From Anthoceros angustus (lineage: Eukaryota; Plantae; Anthocerotophyta): DNA of 64,000 nucleotides. The position numbers and the translations under genes were made by a program. The notes under the pieces are model-generated. The model worked only from the letters and a program-made list of their open reading frames with translations. It was not told the origin of the DNA and searched no databases. Numbering within the stretch: position 1 is the stretch's first letter; every line of letters starts with the position of its first letter. Shown here one piece after another: positions 1-10,033 of this stretch. Location of the stretch: assembly GCA_010909165.1 (NCBI GenBank), contig MU008164.1:1984001-2048000 (forward strand), in the 5' to 3' direction.

Positions 1-340
1 GAATTTCTGGTCTTGGTAATGACATTGTTGCACCACTTCTGGCTGTAAAGGAGTTTTTCAATAGGCTAGAGGTTGATGTGGTTGTTCCTCGAACTTTTTA
101 GCTTGGAAAGGATTCTAGTAGGGAGCGCATATGGATTATAACTTTTTACTCTATGGATGATGCCTCCAGATTATGAAGACTAGGTCTATGTTATGGACAA
201 TTCAGTTATTTATCAATGAGGATCTTACACCATTGCAATAGAAGACTAAGAAGGAGAAGTTACCCGCTTTCAGAGCAGCTTGTGCTGCAGGTCAAGTGCC
301 TTTCTTTCGTGGGAATGAATTGGTGGTGTTTGGCCCTCGT
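1..340 (+). pseudogene. Degenerate fragment resembling the C-terminus of a LINE ORF1-like protein
   Basis: Manual translation, with stops, gives ...IQLFINEDLTPLQ*KTKKEKLPAFRAACAAGQVPFFRGNELVV. The 'FINEDLT' motif followed by a basic helix is typical of non-LTR ORF1 C-termini. Confidence 0.3.
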
Positions 341-1553
341 TCACGCAATTTCATTGATACTGTTGATTCATTGAAGATTATTTGTCTTGTTTGAATTTTA
401 CCTTTACATGTATCCAGATCATTTTACTACAATCTATGTAGTTATCATATTTCAGTTTCATGACAGAAATCCGTCCTTAGTAGACTTAAATAAAATTCTT
501 AGTATGCGCATTAATCCCTAAACGGCGGAGGGTGTTTTACACCGAACTCGGAGACTTTGTAATATTTCAAAGTGTACATCGAAGTTCGCACTTGGATGTC
601 ACAAGGAGCAGTCCGGTAGGGCTCTCAAACCAAGTGACCACGTTTGCTGGCGGAGAGGGCAGGATTTTTATTATAGGCGGTCCATAGGTCCTATTAGGAA
701 GATATTTCGAAAGGTGTTTGTGTAGGGCTCCGAACTTAACCCCTGAATGTCCAACAGTCTCGAATCGAGACTTTGAGGTATGTTATGGGCCTTCCATGAA
801 AATATGTGGCCCACATAATTCACTTTTGTCGGGGAGCCTTCTTCTGCTTCCTATTCCGTACGTAATGACTTGGACAGCAAAAAGAACGGATCACCACAGC
901 ATCAACAATCTCGATCTGAACGTGGACGCATCGGGAAGCAACTTGAAGGACTCGCTCACGCAATTTCATTGATACTTGATTCATTGAAGATTATTTGTCT
1001 TGTTTGAATTTTACCTTTACATGTATCCAGATCATTTTACTACAATCTATGTAGTTATCATATTTCGCCATGATGTAAATCCCTTAGTAGACTTAAATAA
1101 AATTTTAGTATGCGATTAATCCCTAAACGGCGGAGGGTGTTTTACACCGAACTCGGAGACTTTGTAATATTTCAAAGTGTACATCGAAGTTCGCACTTGG
1201 ATGTCACAAGGAGCGAGGGCTCTCAAACCAAGTGACCACGTTCTTTGTGAGAGGCGGATTTTTATTATAGGCGGTCCATAGGTCCTATTAGGAAGATATT
1301 TCGAAAGGTGTTTGTGTAGGGCTCCGAACTTAACCCCTGAATGTCCAACAGTCTCGAATCGAGACTTTGAGGTATGTTATGGGCCTTCCATGAAAATATG
1401 TGGCCCACATAATTCACTTTTGTCGGGGAGCCTTCTTCTGCTTCCTATTCCGTACGTAATGACTTGGACAGCAAAAAGAACGGATCACCACAGCATCAAC
1501 AATCTCGATCTGAACGTGGACGCATCGGGAAGCAACTTGAAGGACTCCGCTCA
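341..1553. repeat. ~600-bp direct tandem duplication (341-955 / 956-1553)
   Basis: Both copies start tcacgcaatttcattgatac and give identical ORF translations (718 and 1312). The second copy has several small deletions. Confidence 0.92.
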
Positions 1554-1785
1554 CGCGAGCCATTTCTCTCGCACGCAAAGAGAGAGCAGCATACACTCTC
1601 CTCCTCTCTCTGGTAGTAGATGTGGCAGCTCTTCATCTTGTTTGCTGGCCGAACGGGGCAGCGTCTTTTGTCGGCCCGTTTTTCACGTAAGGGCCTGACA
1701 TGCCGACCCATAGGTGCCTGTTTACCACCCAGGATGTATCCCAGGTGCATGTGACCACTGGCCTACCTTGTTTTCGCTTTTGTAA

Positions 1786-2625
1786 TTGATCGTGTTGTGC
1801 GGCATGGTGCTCACACCCTACCCAATCTGTTTGAGATCTTGCCCAATAAGTTCAATTTCAATTCAAGAGGGATCTGTTTGCCCAAATGAGCAACTTCCAT
1901 TTGTTTCAAGTGTTCCAACACAACAAGCTTTGGCTCTATCTGGGATCCCGAGCCTTCGGAATCCAAAGTGGGCTACTTGGACGACAGAGAGTACACTTGC
2001 TTTGATTGCAGCATATGAGGAGATCTATGTCAACCATCCGCACAAGGGCAACCTTGGCGGACACCATTGGGAGGCTATTACTATGAAGATTTTGCCTGCA
2101 TGTGTAGGTTTTGTTCCAACCGGCCTCCAATGCCGAAACAAGATGGATAATTTGAAGAAGCAGTACAAGAAGCAAGTGAAGAAGCTAGGAACTGGTGTTT
2201 ACACAAGCACTTCACGCCTTCATCAGCGATATCCAAAAGTGGTAGGCATGCCCAACTCCCACGATCCCGGATTCATAGATCTGACAAATACTTCTCTCTA
2301 TGCAGGAAGTGAAAGTGTGCCTGAAGGGGTGGTTGAGAGCACCCATGTTCAAGATCAACCTACCCTCTTCTACCATCTCCACACCTGCATCAGCATCACC
2401 ACCACCTTTACCACCTGCCAGGGATCGTCTTCCAGCCTCCACCTCTTAAGATAACGAGTCTTTTGAGTCTCCACTCACTAAAGTTACTAAATTGAAAGGT
2501 CTTGTAACAAAGAAAGTGTCCAGGCAGGTGAAGAGGAAGCTTTCGGCTGGTGGGTTGGACAAGATTCCAGCCAGCATCAATAGTTTTGCAAAGGTATTTG
2601 TGGGATTGCCAAATTTATTGCTGTA
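1786..2625 (+). pseudogene. Trihelix/Myb-SANT-like DNA-binding protein (ASIL/SIP1-like or Harbinger-associated), frameshifted
   Basis: WTTESTLALIAAYEE...GNLGGHHWEAIT...TGLQCRNKMDNLKKQYKK is the Myb_DNA-bind_4 W-W-QC signature. After a frame change near 2400-2455 the sequence reads KRKLSAGGLDKIPASINSFAKVFV, like the trihelix C-terminal helix. Confidence 0.65.
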
Positions 2626-4494
2626 AGCTTCAACATGGTTTTTAGACCATGCGAAACCTAAGGACACAACATCTATTTACCTATTGTGTGTTTTGGACTG
2701 AGGGAATTTTTCCATGGTGATTCTCCATCTTGGATCTTTGAGCATATGTGCCGACAACTATGGGGAACATGTGGAATTTTTTAACAGAAAAAATGAACGT
2801 CATCTTCATGTCCAGCAATGGGCATAAAGCCAAGATTCCTCAAAACTGCGTTGAACACAGACAGGCTGCTTAACCAGAGGTTTAAGCTGCCGCGAACTAC
2901 CGGCCTCAACGCCCCGCTTGCTCTGGTCTCCCTCCCCCGCTAGCCCATGATTCGTGATCCAAGGAGACAATGCTTGGGTGTGCCTGACCAGTTTACAAAG
3001 CATATCTCCAGAATATCCATGCACATGGTCCTGGTTGAATTGCACAGGTTTGGACAAGAGACCGAGAGGAGGTGATGGCACGACCAACTGAGACCGCTTC
3101 TGTAGTTGGCATAGGCCTCATCCACTTATTCTCGTTTTGTGTTTTGGAACAGAGAGACACGTCATATGGCGTACTAAGGACTGCCCTCCCAACTACATTC
3201 TTAGGAGGGCAGAGCCCTTAGTTTGAATGACCTTTTTTTTTTTTCTATTTGGAAATTCCGATCAACATGTTCTCGACCTTCGATGATGGTCATTTGTTGT
3301 GAGGATGTCCATAAAGGTGTCATGGATTTGTGATAAAGTTTGCTTAGTGAACCATCTTGTCAATCTTCGGAACCGAGTGAAGATGCTCTCTTGTGTCCTA
3401 GTGGCCATGAAGGCTCACCTTGCCTTGGAAATTAGTAGAAGGACCATCTGAAGAAGTGTCCCTAATAGATGAGGCAATGCAACTCTACATGCTGGAAATT
3501 GTGAGAGTGAGAATAGGCTCAAGCGATTTTCCTATATTTAGATATGCATAAATATATGAAATTTATCCACAAAGCCAGAAAATAACCCCTAAAGGATGAA
3601 TACTCAAATCGAGTGGTTGTCGTGCGTTTTGCGCTGTGGAATTCATCATCTCAAACCTTTGAGCGTATGTGCCTGGGATTGAGGGAACACGTGGATTTTT
3701 AGAGCAGAAACAAGGACGCTAGTGTTCGTTGTTTCCATGGTCATCTCCATGCCCAAGATAGGCATGGAGATGACCATGGAAACAATGGTGTCCATAGAGA
3801 TGGTCATCTGCATACCAACGATTGGCATGGAGGCGAGATACTTGAAACATGTCCTAAACCAAGGCCACACTACATGCGAACGGAGGGCATAGTGTGAATG
3901 GCCGAATTGTCTGTTTGTGAATTTAGATGGGCATGCACCTGAACTCCAATTGTAGTGAATTGGAGGATGTTCATGGCCTTGCTAGGAATTGTGATAAAGT
4001 TTGCTCAACCCAACTCTTTGCCATGCTCCTCCCCCGAGTGAAGATGCTCTCCTGTCTCACCATGAGCATGAAGTGCCACAACGCATGAAAAATTTGTGGA
4101 AGGGGCGTCTAAGGTCTGTCTTTTTTTTGAAACGGATCAGCGGATGCAACTCTGGATGATGATAATTATGGGAGTGAAAACAAGGTCACCCCATGTTTCT
4201 GTCTTTAGATATGCATGAATAGCTGAAATTCAGCCCAAATCCCAGAAAACAGGCTTCATCCTTTAGAGGTTAATATCATACCGATGCTGCGATGTACATA
4301 TGGAGCTTAGCTGCCATATTCCAAGTCCAGGCCTGCTTTTCGCTAGCCTAGTTGATGGGGGCAAGTTGATGGGGGCATTTCGAAGGTCGTGGCCTCTTTT
4401 GATGCAAGAAAACAACCCACTGGATATGTAGTTCCCCAAAGTTCAAGTTTTAATGATAACGTCTCGTGGTGATGAACTTGCACAGGGGGTTCTG

Positions 4495-6010
4495 TATGGA
4501 ATACCGTTCTCGTCACGGGCCATCGTGTGTGTGACATTGTTTTTTTTTGCTGTATTCAAATATGCCACAAAATCTTCAAGATTTATTTTGTATAATACAC
4601 GTATAATACGTGCCATATCAGCCTGGGTAGGGTCGTACGCGGGCAAAAAAACTATCTATCACACACTTTTCGCCCTGTGTTCCCATTGTGTCATGCAGAA
4701 GTTTTGTTCTTTGGGGTTTAAGGGTTACAATTACCACACATACATGTTTATATACGGTAGTGCACACATACACAGTTCATTTCGCAAGTTTCGCTCTCAC
4801 GTGCAGGCTTCGCTCTCACGTGCAGGCTTCGCTCTCACGTGCAGGCTTCGCTCTCACGTGCAGGCTTCGCTCTCACGTGCAGGCTTCGCTCTCACGTGCA
4901 GGCTTCGCTCTCACGTGCAGGCTTCGCTCTCACGTGCAGGCTTCGCTCTCACGTGCAGGCTTCGCTCTCGCTTGCAGGCTTCGCTCTCGCGTGTAGGCTT
5001 CGCTCTCGCGTGCGCCGCTCTCACGTGCGCCGCTCTCACGTGTGCTTTGCTCTCGCGTGTAGGCTTTGCTCTCGCGTGCAGGCTTCGCTCTCGCGTGCAG
5101 GCTTTGCTCTCGCGTGCAGGCTTCGCTCTCCCGTGCAGGCTTCGCTCTCGCGTGACAGTGGCTATAACATGCACCTAAGGCTTGTGCATCGTGCAGCATA
5201 TAAGAGGCTCTGCCTAGGCACGGGTTTAGGGTCCCTTGTCTCATTTCTCATCACTCCCCTTCATTACATAACATCTGATGGCCTGGACAAGGCATCTAGG
5301 CCACTCTGGACAAGGCATCTAGGCCACTCTAGACAACCTTCATGCCTCGTCCAGGCCATCATAAGCATTTGGAGTGATACCCCCAATTTCAAACAGAAAA
5401 CCCCACACCTGGGGTCGTGCTTGTGCAATTGCAGTCACAAAAACAAGGCACATGTTCAAGTTTGCGCTCCCACCTCATGGTGGAAGCTCTCAAAATGCCT
5501 ACCTACCAATCATGCTCAACTTAATCTCGAAAGAGCCACAAAGCAGGGCCACCATCCTCCTGTGCTCCAGAGCGTGGCCCCTGCTCTTCCGAGTTCGGAG
5601 GTTGCCTTGATGCAGCCTGAGGGGGAGGAGCCTGCAACGGGGAAGAGGCAGGTGTAGCCGGTTGTGCCATAGCATGGCGAGGTGCAGCTGGCTGCGCCCG
5701 TGGGATTGGAGGGGGAACAAACTGCATTCCCTGCATAAAAGGAAAAGGATGGGGGCGGGGAAAAGGGGAAGGCTGGGCAGGGCCCATCAGAAGGGTCCTC
5801 ACCAAACGTGCCTGTAGTGGCTGGCGCTACTCTAACCACAAGTGGGCAAGAGAAAAAACGTTTGTGTGCATCATCAGCTTCATGAGATCAGTACACTTGA
5901 GGGCCCGCAGCGAACTGTGACATAAAGAAATAGTCCACGGCGGAACTATTTCTTACTGTACAAAACCCTGAAAAGATATGGATGGCCCGTGACAATATGG
6001 GTATTCCATA
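4495..6010. mobile_element. Non-autonomous TIR DNA transposon 1 (6-bp TSD, GingerRoot/Ginger-like)
   Basis: Left TIR is tatggaataccgttctcgtcacgggccatc (4495-4524). The right TIR reverse complement is tatggaatacccatattgtcacgggccatc (5981-6010). Flanks are GTTCTG (4489-4494) and GTCCTG (6011-6016). Confidence 0.75.
4784..5154 (+). repeat. 19-bp minisatellite (gtgcaggcttcgctctcac) x ~19
   Basis: Directly visible. The first 9 units are perfect, and later units carry CACGTG>CGCGTG changes and deletions. Confidence 0.97.
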
Positions 6011-6491
6011 GTCCTGCGCGCCCTTACTAGGGCATACAATTGTAGAAGAAAAAAAAAACCTCCACAAAGAGTTGTGTGCAAGATGAGCTGCCAAAAGGAG
6101 CTGCCTTTGTGAAGTCGACTGGCTCCCGCAGTTGTAAAGTTTCGGTGCTCTCAGGTACAGACTTAATATGTACATATATGCTCCGTGAGAGTGAGATACC
6201 GTACATATATTACAGGCGTGCAATTGAAGAGGTGCTGGTGGTTGACGGCTCACCGTTCTTTACCGTGGTGTGGAGTGAGCGAAACTTGGGGTAACGTGGC
6301 CGATGACGAAGGCAACGGCAGCACCACAAAGCAACGTTCGCAGAACACGGCACGCGTTGCGGACGGCAGCGCAATCACTTCGTGCGGACAACTGTGGAAC
6401 AATTCTCACGACAGGAGTCTGGAACTCTGTGCATCTCCGGCAGGCTTTGGCTGCGGTGATTTGATCGCAGGCTGTGGTCTGTGTCCGGAAA

Positions 6492-7759
6492 ATGGCGCTG
6501 GTGGTGGGAGAGCTGCAAAGTTGCCTGCGGCTGGGGATCTCTAGCGCAAATTGCAGTTCCCGGGGGCCTTGTAGCAGCGCAGATAGTGCGCCTCGGCAGA
6601 GAGTGCGGTGCCAAACGGGTCACTTGCAATGGGGGATTGCAACCAGGAAGGTGCAGGAAGGGGGAGCGGAATTGCATAGGGCAGAGGGAAGGCGCAGGGT
6701 TGGCGGATTGCATTTGCAGGAGGAGAGATTAGGGTGCTCGGTGGTAGTGAGGGCGACGCGGGATACCGCCGCGCAGCCCGCGGGGTTGAAGGCGGCCAGG
6801 TATCCTGGAGAGAAGAAAGGGTTTGTGGAGGAGATGCGGTTTGTGGCCATGAAGCTGCATACTAAGGATCAGGCTAAGGAAGGGGAGCAGGAGGCGCAGA
6901 CTCCGGTGGCCAAGTGGGTGCCGACGGTGGATGGTTACATACAGTTTCTGGTGGACAGCAAGAAGGTGTACGATACCATGGAGAAGATTGTGGAGGAGGC
7001 AGCGGATCCATCATGTAGGATTTTTGTCGTGTTTCTTTCACATTGATGTTGGGAGAGTTGTGGAGGCATGTATACTGCCATGGTGGATGAGGTGTTGGAT
7101 TGTTGTTGGCATGCTGGTTTCTGAGGGCCAGGAGGTCTGTTGTTTGCGTGAAGATGCTGTGTTTAGGAACACAGGATTGGAAAGATCAGCAGCTTTGGAA
7201 CAGGATTTGGAGTGGTTCAGGAGTGAAGGTCATGACATCCCTGAGCCTGGCCCTGCAGGAAGGGATTATGCTGATTACTTGCTCAATCTGGCCAAGGAAG
7301 ATCCGCCAGCGTTCATTTGCCACTACTACAATGTGTACTTCGCCCACACTGCTGGTGGCCGTTTCATTGGTAAAAAGGTAATGCACGGAGAACCACCATA
7401 TCCCCTGCCATCTCCTGGCCACAGCAGTGGTATTCAATGATGCGTGCTGTGCTGCAGATAGCGGACGATCTTCTTGACGGACGAACGTTGGAATTCTACA
7501 AGTGGAATGGAGATGTGAAGGAGCACTTGGCTGCTGTGAAGGAAAAGCTGAACAAGGTTGCTGAGGTAGGCGGCTAGGGTACTTACTCTTGTATATGTTG
7601 TACTGAAACAGCTTGCCAACGGCCCACATTCTGATCATTAACTCTCCTTGCGGTCAACAGGAATGGTCAAGAGCAGCTAAGAACCATTGTTTGGAGGAGA
7701 CGGAGTTGTCGTTCTCGTACTCAGGAAAATTGTTGCGTCTGATAGCAACAGCGCAGTAA
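6492..7759 (+). CDS. HO1: Plastid heme oxygenase (HO1/HY1-like). Exons 6492-7014, 7154-7377, 7458-7565, 7661-7759; 317 aa
   Basis: Motifs YPGEKKGFVEEMRFVAMKLHT (heme-ligand His), QFLVDSKKVYDT, FRNTGLERS, FICHYYNVYFAHTAGGRFIGKK, LEFYKW and KNHCLEETELSFSYSGKLLRLI. Three GT-AG introns restore a continuous 954-nt frame ending in TAA. The N-terminus is a transit-peptide-like extension. Confidence 0.95.
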
Positions 7760-8272
7760 CTGGACGGCATTCAACATCGCAAGAGAAGTTCCGTCGCGGT
7801 GACCACTGCCATCTCACATGCTCGTCTGTGTGTCAGCTTCTGGGTTTATCACCTGCAGAAATGGCCTTCTGCTGTTGGCTGCTCTGCTCTGTAAAATATT
7901 GGTTGATCTGCACTCTAACGTGAAGTCTCCTGCAGTACTTCACGTGCTTTCCAAGCCATCACGTGATCGTACCCACGTGATATCTTCTTTCGGCATATTC
8001 CAAAATGGCAAAGAAGTTCAGAGAGTGACTGCATCCGCGGTATTTTAGTTTTCTCGTCTGACGGCCCGGAAATTTCGTCCTCTAACAGAAACCAGCAAAA
8101 AGTCATTGCAAGTTGATTGCAGGTTAATCGGCCATTCCCCTGAGGCGGTTAGTAAAAAGGAAATCTCGTCCATTGAACATTCGGTCTTATAACATAAATG
8201 CAGTTGTTGTTGTCTTGTCTAAAAATGTAGTGGATATGAATATAGTTGTTGGATATGAATAAAGTTGTTGTC

Positions 8273-9270
8273 TGTGGAATACCGATCTGGTCACACGGGA
8301 GCGCGTGTGTGACTTTCTTTTTTTGGGGTGTACACTACGGAAATATGCCACGGCATTTTCAGATACTTGCGTATAATATATGTATAATAACTTGCGTATA
8401 ATACATGTATAATATGTACCACATCAGAAGCACGCGGGGAGAAACTTTCTATCACACGATCAGACACATGGTGTTCCGATTGTGTATTGCACATGTTTTC
8501 TTGTTTAGGGTTTTAGGGTTTCGATCCCATCAACACACATACATGTTAAACATGCGGGCAAGACACACATACACAAATTTTGTTACATGGCGTGTATGAT
8601 GAAGCACGCCGTGGGCGTGGACAGGGATCACCATGCTGCGTTATGTAGTCCAGCAGGCCCTTTGAACTGTACGCTTGTGCACTGCAAGCTTTTTTTGGTG
8701 CAAGCCTTGTATGTGTGCGACTGTTTTCATGGAAGCCCTTCTCTGTTGGTCCTTCTGGTACAAGCTTGTTTCCGGGTAGTTAGTGCTATGTGAAATCGCA
8801 CCCATATCTGAGCCTAGGAAAGCGTTGTACAGCGACAGAAGTGCCAAACACTGCAGCCTTGCACGTAAGGGCAAACGCACTCAGCCGCGCCGCAAACACA
8901 GACGATGATCGGAGATGGCATAGTACGTGTCGCAATGGCACGGCAACGCAAATGACCTAAACGCAACCCTAACAAATTGTGGATGCCGCATGATCGGAGA
9001 TGGCATAGTACGTGTCGCAATGGCACGGCAACGCAAATGACCTAAACGCAACCCTAAACCCGAGAGAAGAAAAGTTTCTGTATATCGTGGAATCTTTTTG
9101 TGCATCATGGGGTAGGTTGACAACATTGGGACACCGGGGGGCCGCAGCCCCAACCGATGTGGTCATGCGTGACATACCGAAATAGTTCCGCCGTATGCGG
9201 CAGGACTATTTCTTTCTGTCCACAACCCTAAAAAAATATGGATGCCGCGTGACCAGATTGATATTCCATA
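8273..9270. mobile_element. Non-autonomous TIR DNA transposon 2, same family as 4495-6010
   Basis: Left end is tgtggaataccgatctggtcacacgg. The right end reverse complement is tatggaatatcaatctggtcacgcgg. Flanks are GTTGTC (8267-8272) and GTTATC (9271-9276). Subterminal regions resemble element 1. Confidence 0.75.
8905..9058 (+). repeat. ~68-bp direct repeat x2 inside TIR element 2
   Basis: atgatcggagatggcatagtacgtgtcgcaatggcacggcaacgcaaatgacctaaacgcaaccctaa occurs at ~8905 and ~8990. Confidence 0.9.
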
Positions 9271-9535
9271 GTTATCTTCTTACAATCTAGTGGACATAAA
9301 TACAGCAATTGTTGGTCATATACTGGACCGAGTTCAAATTGGTCAGTACATTGGACCGAGTTCAAATGTCGGTATGACTTTCTACTGGACCGAGTTTAAA
9401 AAGACCTACAATTGCAGACCATCATTGTTGCGATCAGAAACGGGTTGTACTAACATTTGCACTGGTTCTAGAGGAGCGGTCAAATTTCCTCAACAGATTG
9501 CATTGTATTTTCCTCAACCTGAGACTGTGCGCTCT

Positions 9536-9864
9536 CTGCAGAAATGTCTCGCTTTGTGTGTTTTCATTGGAAGTGTGTTTTCTGTTTGTGTGAGCCTTGT
9601 GGAGGTCAGAATTGAGTTCAGCCCTGATGGCCATGTTTGTGTTTGAGTCTTATTAAAACCACAGGTGTTCGTGTGAACGTGTGCGTTGCAGTAGGGGACA
9701 GGAACGTGGTGTTGAAAAGAGTGTAAGAAGTCTGCCTGTTGCCTGCTAGTGTGTCGTGAGTTTGTGTGAGATGCTGTCGTCTTTTCCATTTCTGACCTCA
9801 CGACCAGGGCAAGGGGGCCAGGCCTCACTTCCACTGAAAACACACAAAGCAGACATTTCTGCAG
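9536..9864. repeat. Imperfect inverted repeat (foldback) with ~40-bp outer arms
   Basis: 9536-9575 is ctgcagaaatgtctcgctttgtgtgttttcattggaagtg. The reverse complement of 9826-9864 is ctgcagaaatgtctgctttgtgtgttttcagtggaagtg. Inner arms are gaggtcagaa (9602-9611) and ttctgacctc (9790-9799). Confidence 0.85.
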
Positions 9865-10033
9865 CCAGCATTTGCTTCAACAGTAATATGTACAGCTAAG
9901 TAACCTCCCTTTGTACATGCCATTCTACATTGTTTTGGTCTACAGTTTGCCATATGTTACCTTACATAAGATTCTACCTTTTTGTATGAAATCACATTCC
10001 TTATTTGTACTAGCTCCCTCAGGCTACAGCCCC

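Noticed and set aside
718-1698. Two identical ORFs MCRAPNLTPEC...
   Set aside because: Produced by the 600-bp duplication. Non-ATG start and no recognisable domain.
4784-5154. CRISPR-like appearance of the repeat arrays (also 20074-20520 and 62046-62730)
   Set aside because: Head-to-tail repeats without unique spacers, no cas genes, and a eukaryotic context.
4453-5657. Long ORFs (241 and 272 aa) with repeating LSRAGFALTCRLRSHVQAS
   Set aside because: They are translations of the stop-free 19-bp minisatellite, not genes.
8505-8521. Telomere-like ttagggttttaggg (also ~24019-24076)
   Set aside because: Only 1-2 units. These are common telo-box-like motifs, not an interstitial telomere.
4489-9276. 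HO1 already mobilised as one composite transposon
   Set aside because: Each element has its own TSD and the outermost flanks (GTTCTG vs GTTATC) match poorly, indicating independent insertions.
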